64,000 bases of DNA from Fidelibacterota bacterium (GCA_014381925.1 JACNKR010000027.1:1991-65990); one strand, 5' to 3'. Shown: positions 38,020-48,657, counted from the first letter of the stretch. Notes: generated by a model from the sequence alone, not told the origin. Numbers and translations are program-made.

Positions 38020-38617
38020 AAAATTTATATTAATTGATTTAAATAAAACAATTAGCCATGCTCAATTACAAGAAATGCAACAAGATCGAAATAGATGGAT
38101 AATTTTTGGTATTATTGCTTTTGTATTTACATCATTAGCAGGGTGGTTCATCTCAATAAATATGCAAGCAAACTCAATTATTGAAAACCGAAACATAACA
38201 ATTGAGAAATTAATTAATGATACGGATAGACTGAAAATGGAAGGTCAAATTAATTTATCTAAGAAAGATATTGATAATTTAATTAAAACGGAAGGTGGCC
38301 GAATTATTTGGAGTGAGAAATTAAAAATTATTTCTGAAATTACCCCTTTAGATATGGCTATTACTGGTTTAGAATTTAGAAGTTTAAATTTTATTATAAA
38401 AGGTATTTCAAAAGTTCATCCAGATGAAAAAGAATTTTTAATCGTTGAAGATTTTATAAATACCTTAAAAGAAAATGAGAGTTTTTCTAAAGATTTTAAA
38501 TCCATCAAGTTTAAAGGATCTGAAAGAGATATATCTCGAGGCCAAGAAATATTTAAATTTACAATTGAAGCTCAATTAAATAAAAAAACCAACCGGAAAA
38601 AAAGGAGACGGAAATAA
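38012..38617 (+). CDS. pilN: PilN-like bitopic pilus alignment protein
   Basis: Short cytoplasmic N-terminus (ILIDLNK), a single TM helix, then a periplasmic coiled-coil/ferredoxin-like region. Assignment is mainly by position after pilM. Confidence 0.5.
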   Translation: MDKKFILIDLNKTISHAQLQEMQQDRNRWIIFGIIAFVFTSLAGWFISINMQANSIIENRNITIEKLINDTDRLKMEGQINLSKKDIDNLIKTEGGRIIWSEKLKIISEITPLDMAITGLEFRSLNFIIKGISKVHPDEKEFLIVEDFINTLKENESFSKDFKSIKFKGSERDISRGQEIFKFTIEAQLNKKTNRKKRRRK

Positions 38618-39180
38618 TGAAACGAAATATAATTTTACTTTCCATCGTATTTGCCTTTTTTATATTTTTCCAAGTGGGAAATTCTTTTATCATTGCAGAT
38701 AAACCGACGCAAATCGTTGATTTAGAAGGTGATACTGAAGTTGCAAATGAAAAATTTATTACAGCTCAAATTTTATCAAGTAGTTTAAATAAAGTATATA
38801 AATTATTTCAAATTAACTTATCATCTCAAATTAATAAATCTGAAAATCAAGAATCTTCAATTCCATTTTTATCTGATCTAACAGCATTATTGGCAAAATT
38901 AGAAATAAAAACCATTTTTATAAAGCCAAAATCAAAAGATAAAAAGGGAAATAATACACTTATTCCCTATGAGCTAGTCATTAATTGTTCATTTGAGAAA
39001 TTTGGTAAACTAATTACAGAATTAGAAAGTAGTGAACGATTAATAGAAATTGAAGAATTTAATTTAGATAATGGTTTAGAGCGAATTCGTTCAACAAACA
39101 GAGAACAGCAACTTAAAGCTCAAGATATTACACTTAAAATTTCAACGATTACTCTGAATAAAGTAAAAGGTAAAAAATAA
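38617..39180 (+). CDS. PilO-like bitopic pilus alignment protein
   Basis: Single N-terminal TM helix plus a periplasmic domain. Start overlaps the previous stop. Assignment is positional. Confidence 0.4.
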   Translation: MKRNIILLSIVFAFFIFFQVGNSFIIADKPTQIVDLEGDTEVANEKFITAQILSSSLNKVYKLFQINLSSQINKSENQESSIPFLSDLTALLAKLEIKTIFIKPKSKDKKGNNTLIPYELVINCSFEKFGKLITELESSERLIEIEEFNLDNGLERIRSTNREQQLKAQDITLKISTITLNKVKGKK

Positions 39181-39683
39181 TGAACGCAAGAGTAAAAGCA
39201 ATTTGGAATTTAAGCATTGGGGTTTCAATTTTAATTTTATTATTTTCAAGTTATCAATTATTTAATTTGCAAGAAGTTATTAGCGAATTAGAATTAAATT
39301 TTGAAAACGAAGAAATTGGAACAGATAAAATTCTACAAAAAAATATTGAAAAATTAGAAACTAATTTGAAAAAAAGAGATGGATTTAAATTTATTATTGA
39401 AAATTCACCTACTGATTTAACAAATGTAGTTCAGTTTGATGGATTTGATCCTCGATTTAATCGAAATTCAAAACATATATATGTTACAGCAATTATTAGT
39501 TCTTCTCGGTCTAATATGAATAGAGCAATTGTGCTTTATCGAGAAGATGAATTTACGGTAATGAAGGGTGATTCCGTTGCAGGCGGATTAATTACTGACA
39601 TTACAACTAAAGAAGTCCATTTTGAAAAAAGTGGAAAAGAGTTCGTTTTTTACAAAGGACTTGAAACCGAAATTTTAGAATAA
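39180..39683 (+). CDS. PilP-like periplasmic protein
   Basis: N-terminal anchor and a small C-terminal beta domain (GDSVAGGLITDITTKEVHFEK). It lies immediately upstream of the secretin. Assignment is positional. Confidence 0.35.
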   Translation: MNARVKAIWNLSIGVSILILLFSSYQLFNLQEVISELELNFENEEIGTDKILQKNIEKLETNLKKRDGFKFIIENSPTDLTNVVQFDGFDPRFNRNSKHIYVTAIISSSRSNMNRAIVLYREDEFTVMKGDSVAGGLITDITTKEVHFEKSGKEFVFYKGLETEILE

Positions 39684-39705
39684 TATAGATAAACAGGAGA
39701 ACGAT

Positions 39706-41136
39706 TTGTTGATGGGTAAAACACTCAAAAATACCATTTTAGGGATGGTAATACTTATAAACTTTATACTGGCAAGTAGCCAGCCAAAAATAACACTTCA
39801 TGCAGAAAATAGTAGATTATCTACTGTCTTATCTATTCTTGCAGAAGAAAGTGGATATAATATTGTAACTGGACCAAATGTTGGTAAAGAAGATATGATT
39901 TCAATCCATTTGGATAATGTTGACATTGAACAAGCAATTAACCTTATAATTAGAGCGTCAGGATTAGGCTATGAAATTGTTGGAAAATCAATTTTAGTCG
40001 CTGAGGCAAGTAAATTAAAAGCTGATGTAGGCGTTACATCACAAGTCTATGACCTTCAATATGCAAATGCTCAAGAAGTAGCAGATCTTCTTGTTAATTT
40101 AACAGACCAAATAACTGTTGATAAAACAGGGAATAAACTATTAGTCAATGCAAGTCCAAAAAAATTATCTGAAATTACTGAAATAATTACAAGAGTTGAT
40201 ATTCCTGCACTTCAAATTATGTTAGAAGCAAAACTAATAGAAGTCACAATTTCTAAAGATACCAACATTGGGATAGATTGGGCTAAATTAGCCCAAATTT
40301 CTACGGTGATTGCAGAAAATGCATTACCGATTACATTGCCAAGTGGAAAAGCAACTGGCGCTATTTACCCCGGCTATAACTATGGAACAGATACAAATGG
40401 CGATATTTATGAAGAAACAGGTACTTCTTATGGAAGTGATGGAATGCCAACAATGCCATTTGAAAGAATTGATCCATTTGGTAAAGGTTTACCTGGTTTC
40501 AGTCGAAAACTAACAGCATTTGATGTTACATTGGATATGATGCTAAAAAATAATCAGGCTGAAATACTTGCAAATTCTCAAGTTGTAACCTTAAATGGTA
40601 AAGATGCTCAAATCAAAATGGTTGATATATTCCCTTATGTACTCTCAAGCGGTGGTGTTGGTGGACAAGTACAAGTACAACGAGAAGAAATTGGAATTAA
40701 ATTACAAATACAGCCTACTGTAAATACAGATGGTTATATAACAACGAAAGTGGTTCCAGAAGTTAGTTCAATTTATGATTTTATTGGCCCAGATAGAACA
40801 ATACCATGGGTGAAGAAAAGAGAATCGACAACAACTATCCGAGTTAAAGATAATGAATCAATAATTATTGCAGGTTTATTATCATCAGATAGATCTTATG
40901 CTGAAGATAAGGTACCGCTACTTTGGAGAATACCTTATTTAGGTGAAAAATTCTTTACGCATACAGTCGAAAAAGAAAAGAAAACAGATTTAATAATTCA
41001 AATTACACCACGCATTATTAGAGATAATTATAGTGCGAATGGAAATATTGACTCTGGAATTTTAAAAAACCAAATTCATCAAAACATTGAAAACAATAGC
41101 ACTATCAATAAAAATGATGAAGAGCAAGGAAAATAA
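39706..41136 (+). CDS. pilQ: secretin PilQ/GspD family
   Basis: Signal peptide and N-terminal secretin-N type domains. C-terminal secretin core: ILANSQVVTLNGKDAQI ... VPLLWRIPYLGEKFF ... DLIIQITPRII. An ATG at 39712 is an alternative start. Confidence 0.8.
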   Translation: MLMGKTLKNTILGMVILINFILASSQPKITLHAENSRLSTVLSILAEESGYNIVTGPNVGKEDMISIHLDNVDIEQAINLIIRASGLGYEIVGKSILVAEASKLKADVGVTSQVYDLQYANAQEVADLLVNLTDQITVDKTGNKLLVNASPKKLSEITEIITRVDIPALQIMLEAKLIEVTISKDTNIGIDWAKLAQISTVIAENALPITLPSGKATGAIYPGYNYGTDTNGDIYEETGTSYGSDGMPTMPFERIDPFGKGLPGFSRKLTAFDVTLDMMLKNNQAEILANSQVVTLNGKDAQIKMVDIFPYVLSSGGVGGQVQVQREEIGIKLQIQPTVNTDGYITTKVVPEVSSIYDFIGPDRTIPWVKKRESTTTIRVKDNESIIIAGLLSSDRSYAEDKVPLLWRIPYLGEKFFTHTVEKEKKTDLIIQITPRIIRDNYSANGNIDSGILKNQIHQNIENNSTINKNDEEQGK

Positions 41137-41137
41137 T

Positions 41138-44113
41138 ATGAAGAACACGGAAAATAATATGAACATTATTAATTTAAAAAAATTAGTTTACCTTTTTATA
41201 ATTGCTGGATTGGTGTTTATGGCATGTGACACACGCAATCCAACGAATACAACAAACTTGCCAGGTGCAGGAGATGTAAATTCATTAGATGTTTGGGTGA
41301 ATTCAGGTTATGTTGTTTTAGATGGTATTAATGCAATTCCTAAAGATACAATTAATGCACAGGTTCTTGATGAAAATGGTGGACCAATAAAAAATGTAAA
41401 TGTTAGTTTTAAAATGGTTAATACTGATTCCTATGGTTCATTAAGTACTACAAATGTATCTACGGATTCGACTGGTAAAGCCATGAGTGTTTATTCTATT
41501 GAACCTGGTGAAATCCCTACTGAAATAACTTTAATTTCAACTGATATTGAAATTTCAATTCCGAGTGCAGAAAAATCAGAAACAGTTAATTTAGAATTTG
41601 AAATCCATGAAAGTTGGAAATACCCAGAATTAAATGTTGAAGGATTTGGCTTTTATCCTAATGTTGAAAGTACAGTCCATGTGATAGGTTCCGAAGAAGA
41701 AATATCTGTAATTTCAAAAAATGGTGCAGGTGTTGGCATTTGCAATGTACCCGTATTTTTCAAGTTAGAAAGCAGTACCTCTACACTTTCTGCAGGTGAA
41801 ATTAATAAGTCAGTTTCAGAATCATGTGAAGATAATTCGAATGGTGAAGAGGGTGGTGAATCAGGAGAACCAACAAGTGATTCAACTGCGGTCGCTGAAT
41901 CAGGAATTTCATCATTAAAATATACAAATATAAATGGACATAATAATGGTGACTACGATATTTTAATTGCAATGGTAAAAGACCCAAATACAGATGAAGT
42001 ATTAAAGTCTGATACGCTTAAATTGTATTCTATAAATCAAGAAGATTTAAATTTAGCTGAAATTCAATACATACATGTATGGTCCCAATCTTCTGAATTA
42101 AGTATAGATGACAATGAAGAAACCTATACTGATACTCTTTTTGCTGAAGCATTAGATGGATATGGAAGCAGATTAGGCGGAGTCCTATTTAATTTTTCAA
42201 TTGGTGCAGATGATATCCAATGGGGTTCACTTGCCTCAAGCTCCGTTCTTGCAGATTCTTCAGGATTAGCTCAAACTTCATTCAGGACTTATCCAAGTAT
42301 TTTTAATAGTTTTGATGATGCAGATCATCCTGTTTCAATAACAATTACTATTCCAGGAAGAGAAGACTTAACACCACAGTTAATTTCATTAAATTTAATG
42401 AATAACTTACCAATTTGTAGTGATTGTGAAGCACAACTATCATTGACCACAAGTCCAAATACTTTGCCTTATGGAGATCCTTCTATAGAACAATCTATTA
42501 TTACAGCCTTTATGGTTGATTCCTTAGGTAATCCACCTGAAGAAGGTACTCTCATTGAATTTGAAAGTATTACTGAAGATGATGAAGGTGAATGGATAGA
42601 TTTTGGTCATATTGAACCCTATGCATATTTTGATGGAAATGGTGAAGCATCGGTTACTTTTAATATGGGAAATGATGCCGGGTTAGCTACTATTATTGGT
42701 AATTCAAATGGATTATCTGATACTGCCTATATTGTTATTAACTCTACAAATGCTTCATATATTGAAATAATTCCTTCATACCCAAGTGAAATAACGGTAA
42801 CAGGTGGTGGCGGCCAAGAAGCAACAGAGGCTGCCGTTGAAATAAAAGATGGTAATGGTAATTTAGTTACAGACCCATATAAGTTATTTTTCCAAATTGA
42901 AGCACCAATGCCAGAGGGTGTTCACCTAAATGGATTAGACGGAGTTATTCAAGCATTACAATCCTCTACAGTAGGACAATCAGCAGTAACAATTAACGCA
43001 GGTACAAGACCAGGGAGTGTAAAAATTCACTGCACTCTATTTTCTGATGATGTTACCGAAGAAGAAATTTTAGCTGGAAATTATTCTAGTGAGCAACTTA
43101 TTGCTACTGCAGAATGGGAGCCAGTAACAATTGCTACTGGAGCACCTGAATTTGGTGAGATTAATTTTAGCCCAGTTGATATTACACCAATTAATGGTGG
43201 AATGTATGAACTTCCAATTTCAATTTCACTTTGGGATATTCATTCAAACCCAGTAAGTGACTCTACTGGTGTTTATGTTTGGATTGAAGAGAATGCAACT
43301 CCATGGGATGATACTGCAGAATATTTTGCAATTAACCCAGATACAGGTGAACCAGATATAATTAAATGGGGAACTACTGAATTTGATTCACTTGCCTATG
43401 TATGTCTTCAAGACCATAATAACGCTGATGAAATTATCTTACCGACAAATGAAGAATATTGGGAACGAATGCAGCAACCAGGTTTTGCAGATGGAACAAC
43501 TAAAACAGGTGGACTAAATGCATCTGGAGATTCTTACCCCGGTATTGCATGGTCTAATATTTACTATAGTTCTGCAACTACATTTTCACGAATAGTAACT
43601 AAAGCTCAAACATTTACAAATGGTGTAGATGATACTGAAAATCAATATTTAATATTAGATAGTCGAGATAATCATGACGGAGAAGCAACGGTACTACCCT
43701 TTCAACCAGGGCAAATCATTGTTTCAGCTTCTATTCAGTTTTGGGATTTCAATCCAGATGTAAATGGAGATACAGGAGGTTTTACTGATCCAATTACAAT
43801 CCAAGCAATGATAACTGATTATTATGGATATCCAATTGATAATGGTAATCTTCAATTAAATGCACCAGGTGCTTCATTTAATGGATTTATAGGTGCGGAC
43901 CCTGATTTTGAGAATCCATCTCTTTCAAATGCTCAAGGAATTGTACAATGGACAATTGCGTATAATAAAGCACTTTGCGTTGCAGAAACAAATACGCCAC
44001 CAATTACTTATGCGGATTTTATTTCATCCATTTCTGTACAATTATTAGACCCACAACAAATATCAAGTGATCCATTAGATATTACACTTGCAAACTCATC
44101 AATTGATGAATAA
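41138..44113 (+). CDS. about 990-aa lipoprotein with multiple Ig-like (Big/invasin-like) domains, unknown function
   Basis: Lipobox-like LVFMAC. Repeated segments such as INAQVLDENGGPIKNVNVSF...STDSTGKA resemble Big_1-type domains. I moved the start to the ATG 1 nt after the pilQ stop; the longer ORF from 41087 overlaps pilQ. Confidence 0.5.
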   Translation: MKNTENNMNIINLKKLVYLFIIAGLVFMACDTRNPTNTTNLPGAGDVNSLDVWVNSGYVVLDGINAIPKDTINAQVLDENGGPIKNVNVSFKMVNTDSYGSLSTTNVSTDSTGKAMSVYSIEPGEIPTEITLISTDIEISIPSAEKSETVNLEFEIHESWKYPELNVEGFGFYPNVESTVHVIGSEEEISVISKNGAGVGICNVPVFFKLESSTSTLSAGEINKSVSESCEDNSNGEEGGESGEPTSDSTAVAESGISSLKYTNINGHNNGDYDILIAMVKDPNTDEVLKSDTLKLYSINQEDLNLAEIQYIHVWSQSSELSIDDNEETYTDTLFAEALDGYGSRLGGVLFNFSIGADDIQWGSLASSSVLADSSGLAQTSFRTYPSIFNSFDDADHPVSITITIPGREDLTPQLISLNLMNNLPICSDCEAQLSLTTSPNTLPYGDPSIEQSIITAFMVDSLGNPPEEGTLIEFESITEDDEGEWIDFGHIEPYAYFDGNGEASVTFNMGNDAGLATIIGNSNGLSDTAYIVINSTNASYIEIIPSYPSEITVTGGGGQEATEAAVEIKDGNGNLVTDPYKLFFQIEAPMPEGVHLNGLDGVIQALQSSTVGQSAVTINAGTRPGSVKIHCTLFSDDVTEEEILAGNYSSEQLIATAEWEPVTIATGAPEFGEINFSPVDITPINGGMYELPISISLWDIHSNPVSDSTGVYVWIEENATPWDDTAEYFAINPDTGEPDIIKWGTTEFDSLAYVCLQDHNNADEIILPTNEEYWERMQQPGFADGTTKTGGLNASGDSYPGIAWSNIYYSSATTFSRIVTKAQTFTNGVDDTENQYLILDSRDNHDGEATVLPFQPGQIIVSASIQFWDFNPDVNGDTGGFTDPITIQAMITDYYGYPIDNGNLQLNAPGASFNGFIGADPDFENPSLSNAQGIVQWTIAYNKALCVAETNTPPITYADFISSISVQLLDPQQISSDPLDITLANSSIDE

Positions 44114-44127
44114 TAAAAAGTAAATTA

Positions 44128-45846
44128 ATGCAAAACTTTAATCCTCAATTTGAGAAAATAGGCGATATCCTCGTATATGAAAAAGTATTGGATGCTTCAC
44201 AATTACAAGAAGCATTATCAATCCAAAATACATCATCAGATAAAATAGGTCATATTCTTGTAAATAAAGGATTTATTTCAGAAGATGACCTTGTAAAAGC
44301 GTATTCTCTTCAATTAGGGCATAAACACGCCAATGAAGAAAATATACTTAAAACACCTGAAGAAATTGTCAGTTTAATTCCTGAAGATTTTGCACGAGAA
44401 CACAATGTAATTGCTGTTGGAAAACAAGGTAATACCATAATTGTGGCAATGGAAGATCCTGAAGATTTAATGGCTTTAGATTCTATTAAGAAAATTACTC
44501 AACTTAACCCCGAAGTTGTTGTTGCGGGTAAATCAACAATTGTGAATTGCATTGAAAACCTTTATGGAAAAGTAAATAAAAGTTCACAGATTCATGATGC
44601 AATTTCAAATATTAGTATTGTTGCAGGTGATGAAATTGATGGTGATGAACTTGACCTTGCGACAGAAGATGTATCTGCAGAAGATGCTCCATTTGTAAAA
44701 CTTGTAAATTTAATTTTAAATGAAGCAATTAAAGAAGATTCTTCAGATATTCATGTTGAACCTGGGCGGGAAGAAGTTTCAGTTCGTATTCGTATTGATG
44801 GTGTTCTTCTAAAAATTATGTCACCACCGATGAGTTCTTTAAGCGGTATTGTTGCAAGAATCAAAATTTTATCTAAATTAAATATTGCTGAACATCGACT
44901 TCCTCAGGATGGAAGAATGAAAATTAAAACTAAAGACCGTGATATTGATGTGCGTGTATCTATTTTACCAACTGTTCATGGAGAAAAAGTAGTACTTCGT
45001 TTATTAGGTAGTGGAAATAAGACACTTACACTAACAAATCTTGGATTTCCCGAAGATAAGTTAATGGTTTTTAGGCGATGGATTAATCAACCTTATGGTA
45101 TGGTTATTATTTCAGGACCAACGGGGAGTGGTAAATCCACAACCTTATATGCAGCATTACAAGAAATTCATAGCGAAGGTATTAATATCACAACATGTGA
45201 AGACCCTGTTGAATATCAAATCCCAGGAATTAACCAAGTACAAATGCATGATGAAATTGGTTTAAATTTTTCAGCATCATTGAGGTCCATTCTAAGACAA
45301 GATCCAGATGTATTACTTATTGGTGAAATAAGAGATGAAGAAACGGCAGGTATTGCTGTTAAATTTGCAATGACAGGTCATTTAGTATTTAGTACAGTTC
45401 ACGCAAATGATGCTCCTTCAACAATTATGAGATTATTAGATTTGGGGATTCCCCCATTCCTTTTAGGAAGTTCATTAAATTTAATTATGGCTCAACGACT
45501 AGTCCGAACGATTGATAAAAATTCAAAAGAAGAATATTCTCCAAATGAAGAAGAACTTGGGTTAATTGGATTAAAGAAAAGTGATGTTAGCGGTACGAAA
45601 TTTTATAAGGGTATAAAAAACCAATCTAATCATAATACGGGATATAAAGGTAGAACTGCAATCCATGAAATTATTGAAGTTGATTCGGATATGAAAAAAT
45701 TAATTTATGACAATGCAAATCAAAATGAAATTCATGACCTTGCAGTTAAAAAAGGAATGGTTTCATTAAGGCAGGCTGGAATAAAAAAAGTGCTTACTGG
45801 GGAATCTACAATTGATGAAGTACTTAGAGCAACGGTGGAAGGTTAA
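44128..45846 (+). CDS. pilB: type IV pilus assembly (extension) ATPase PilB/GspE family
   Basis: N-terminal T2SSE_N/MshEN-like domain, Walker A GPTGSGKSTTLYA, Asp box LLIGEIRD, His box GHLVFSTVHAND. Confidence 0.85.
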   Translation: MQNFNPQFEKIGDILVYEKVLDASQLQEALSIQNTSSDKIGHILVNKGFISEDDLVKAYSLQLGHKHANEENILKTPEEIVSLIPEDFAREHNVIAVGKQGNTIIVAMEDPEDLMALDSIKKITQLNPEVVVAGKSTIVNCIENLYGKVNKSSQIHDAISNISIVAGDEIDGDELDLATEDVSAEDAPFVKLVNLILNEAIKEDSSDIHVEPGREEVSVRIRIDGVLLKIMSPPMSSLSGIVARIKILSKLNIAEHRLPQDGRMKIKTKDRDIDVRVSILPTVHGEKVVLRLLGSGNKTLTLTNLGFPEDKLMVFRRWINQPYGMVIISGPTGSGKSTTLYAALQEIHSEGINITTCEDPVEYQIPGINQVQMHDEIGLNFSASLRSILRQDPDVLLIGEIRDEETAGIAVKFAMTGHLVFSTVHANDAPSTIMRLLDLGIPPFLLGSSLNLIMAQRLVRTIDKNSKEEYSPNEEELGLIGLKKSDVSGTKFYKGIKNQSNHNTGYKGRTAIHEIIEVDSDMKKLIYDNANQNEIHDLAVKKGMVSLRQAGIKKVLTGESTIDEVLRATVEG

Positions 45847-45848
45847 TT

Positions 45849-47090
45849 TTGGCTGATTTTTCATATATTGTTAGAACAAAAGATGGTATTCGAAAAGAAG
45901 GTCAATTAGAGTCTAGTAACTATAATTCTGCAATGGAGGAACTTCTTGCTGATGGTATGACTGTAGTAAAATTAACCGAAAGAGATACGTCTTTTGACTT
46001 TTTAGGTCCATTTTTAGACCGATTTAATTTAGCTATAGAAAAATTAAAAAACAAAATTCCATTAGACGTTCAAGTATTTTTTACGCGTCAATTAGCAACA
46101 ATGTTCTCTGCAGGATTAACAATTGAAAAATCCATACACTTCCTTTCATTAGAAGAAAAAAATAAAAAGTTTAAAAAGGTTGTGGAAAATTTGGGTAATA
46201 ATATCCAAAAAGGATTACTCCTTTCTGATGCGTTAGAACGGCACCCTGGAGTTTTTTCTAACCTATATATTGCATTAGTACGAGCGGGTGAAGTTTCTGG
46301 TAAACTTTCTGAAACTTTGGATGAACTTTCTGTATATCTTGAAACGGTTGAAGATACTCAGCGAAAAGTGAAATCAGCAATGTATTATCCTGTATTTATC
46401 ATTATTTTTCTTTTTGGAATGTTATTCTTAACATTTACTTTTATTATTCCTAATTTTAAATCTGTTTATGACCAATTAGGCTCAGAATTACCTTTCTATA
46501 CTATTTTAATGGTAAATATTGGTGAATGGCTTCAATCAAATATCTTTTCGGTTTTAGGAACAGGATTACTCTCCTTTTTAACCATTTGGTTTTTAACATT
46601 AACAGATACGGGTGCACTAATTAAAGATAAAATAATGCTCCGGCTACCGATATTTGGAAAACTTATTGAACAATCCACACTTGCAAAATTCAGTAAAACA
46701 TTTGGACTATTGTTAAGTGCGGGTGTATACGTATTAGACTCAATGGGTTTATTACAAAAAGTTGTTGATAATAGAGTTTATGAACTTGCAGTTGCTCAAG
46801 CAAGTAAAGACATTGAAAATGGTATTGGTATTTCAAGAGCATTAAAAGCAACTGAAAAATTCCCTCCTATTCTCATTCAATTATTAACAACAGGAGAAGA
46901 AACAGGAGAAATTGATACACTTTCATTAAAGGCTTCTGAATTCTATTCCAAGCAAGTAAATGCAACCGTAGATAGACTTACTGCAATTATTGAGCCGTTA
47001 TTAGTTGTTTTAGTCGGTGGGGTAATCGGTGTTATTATTTTTGTAACTTACTTGCCTATATTCCACTTTGGTGAAGCAATAGGAAACTAG
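45849..47090 (+). CDS. pilC: type IV pilus platform protein PilC/GspF family
   Basis: 413 aa. Two T2SF repeats, each with TM helices (FTRQLATMFSAGL ... / FSKTFGLLLSAGV ...). TTG start 2 nt after the pilB stop. Confidence 0.8.
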   Translation: MADFSYIVRTKDGIRKEGQLESSNYNSAMEELLADGMTVVKLTERDTSFDFLGPFLDRFNLAIEKLKNKIPLDVQVFFTRQLATMFSAGLTIEKSIHFLSLEEKNKKFKKVVENLGNNIQKGLLLSDALERHPGVFSNLYIALVRAGEVSGKLSETLDELSVYLETVEDTQRKVKSAMYYPVFIIIFLFGMLFLTFTFIIPNFKSVYDQLGSELPFYTILMVNIGEWLQSNIFSVLGTGLLSFLTIWFLTLTDTGALIKDKIMLRLPIFGKLIEQSTLAKFSKTFGLLLSAGVYVLDSMGLLQKVVDNRVYELAVAQASKDIENGIGISRALKATEKFPPILIQLLTTGEETGEIDTLSLKASEFYSKQVNATVDRLTAIIEPLLVVLVGGVIGVIIFVTYLPIFHFGEAIGN

Positions 47091-47091
47091 A

Positions 47092-47829
47092 GTGCTTATT
47101 GTTGGGATTTTCACCTTTATATTCGGGTGTATTTTTGGCAGTTTTTATAATGTAATTATTTATCGCCTACCTCATCATCAGTCCATTATATTTCCAGGTT
47201 CTCATTGTCCATATTGTAAAAAAGAAATACCATTTTATAGAAATATACCACTTATAACCTACATTTTACAAGTAGGCAGATGCCATCAATGTAAGGGTAA
47301 AATTTCATTACAATATCCAATTATTGAATTAATCACTGGAATTTTTTGGTTATGGAGTTTTAACCAATATAATATTTCACATGCGGTCTATTTTATTTTA
47401 ATTACAGGTATCTTAACTTGTATCGCCATGATTGATTTTGACCAAATGGAAATCCCAATTATTTTAATGTTATTGGTTTTAGTGATTGAAATATTCTTTA
47501 CTATTTATAATAATGATTACTACCATAGTCTATATGGCGCTTTAGCAGGAATAGGCTATTTAGGGGCAGTTTTTATGGTAACATGGGTACTGTTTAAAAA
47601 ACAACCCGCAGGCTTTGGAGATTTAATCCTCGTGCTTCTATTGGGTATTTGGTTAGGCCCCATCTCCATTTTAATAACAATATTTCTTTCAGCTCTTCTT
47701 ACCGTTATTGCATGGGGAATATTAATATTTCTACAAAAAATAAATCATAATGACCGCATGCCATTTGCACCATCATTAATCATATCAGCAATTTCAATAT
47801 ATATGATTAATCCCGCTATTTCGTTTTAA
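47092..47829 (+). CDS. pilD: prepilin peptidase PilD (A24 family)
   Basis: N-terminal Cys pairs (CPYC ... CHQC), polytopic membrane protein, and the GFGDLILVLLLG aspartyl motif. Confidence 0.8.
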   Translation: MLIVGIFTFIFGCIFGSFYNVIIYRLPHHQSIIFPGSHCPYCKKEIPFYRNIPLITYILQVGRCHQCKGKISLQYPIIELITGIFWLWSFNQYNISHAVYFILITGILTCIAMIDFDQMEIPIILMLLVLVIEIFFTIYNNDYYHSLYGALAGIGYLGAVFMVTWVLFKKQPAGFGDLILVLLLGIWLGPISILITIFLSALLTVIAWGILIFLQKINHNDRMPFAPSLIISAISIYMINPAISF

Positions 47830-47840
47830 AAAAATAACTT

Positions 47841-48635
47841 CTAATTATCCAACATCTGTCTTTTTCGTTCAAATAATATTGCAGACACCGCTGCCGATAC
47901 ATTTAGAGAATTAATCTTTCCACCCATTGGAATAGTTAAAAGAAAATCACATAATTTTTGAGTGAGCTGTCTAATTCCTGCACCTTCTCCACCTACAATA
48001 ATTACAATTTTCCCAGTTAAATCCTCACTATACCAATTTTTTGCTTTCACACCGTTTTCAACACCAACAATCCAATACCCTTGTTTTTTTAATGCTTTAA
48101 TTGTTTGAGATACATTTCCTGTTTGGTATAAAGGCAAATGAATAAATGCTCCTTGGCTCACTTGTAATGTTGCCTGGGAAATTGCTCCAGACCTATTTTT
48201 GGGTAAAATCATTCCATCAATACCAGCACATTCACTTGTACGCATTATCTGCCCCAAGTTTTGAGGGTCTTCGACTCCATCAGTTAAAAGTAAACAATGA
48301 GGTTCCTTTTGATTTTCAAAATTGGGTAATGGTTTTACAAAATCACCATTAATGTGAATCACAATCCCCTGTGTTCGCCATTCTTTATACAGGTTTATAT
48401 ATTGGTCTTTTTGTAATTTTCTCACTTTATATATTTTAGAATTAATATTATTCATAATCTTAGGTGTCTTGATTGCTTTACCACCTTCTAAAATATCGAT
48501 TCCAATAATTGAAATCCGTGATTTTAAAATTTCAATACATCCATTAATTCCATAAATTGAAATATAATCTTTTTTAATTTTTTTATATCGTTTTTTGCTC
48601 ATTTCATACAAATTTTGTTCATTAAATTTAGACAT
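47841..48635 (-). CDS. rlmB: SpoU/TrmH-family RNA 2'-O-methyltransferase (RlmB-like)
   Basis: N-terminal substrate-binding segment (IYGINGCIEIL) and C-terminal knot motifs (IVGVENG, IIVGGEGAGI, IPMGGKINSLNVSAAVS). Confidence 0.65.
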   Translation of the reverse strand: MSKFNEQNLYEMSKKRYKKIKKDYISIYGINGCIEILKSRISIIGIDILEGGKAIKTPKIMNNINSKIYKVRKLQKDQYINLYKEWRTQGIVIHINGDFVKPLPNFENQKEPHCLLLTDGVEDPQNLGQIMRTSECAGIDGMILPKNRSGAISQATLQVSQGAFIHLPLYQTGNVSQTIKALKKQGYWIVGVENGVKAKNWYSEDLTGKIVIIVGGEGAGIRQLTQKLCDFLLTIPMGGKINSLNVSAAVSAILFERKRQMLDN

Positions 48636-48657
48636 AATTATTAATTAGAATTTAGCA

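Noticed and set aside
41087-41137. Upstream extension of the Ig-domain lipoprotein ORF.
   Set aside because: The extension lies inside the 3' end of pilQ. The ATG at 41138, 1 nt after the pilQ stop, precedes the signal/lipobox, so the shorter model is more plausible.
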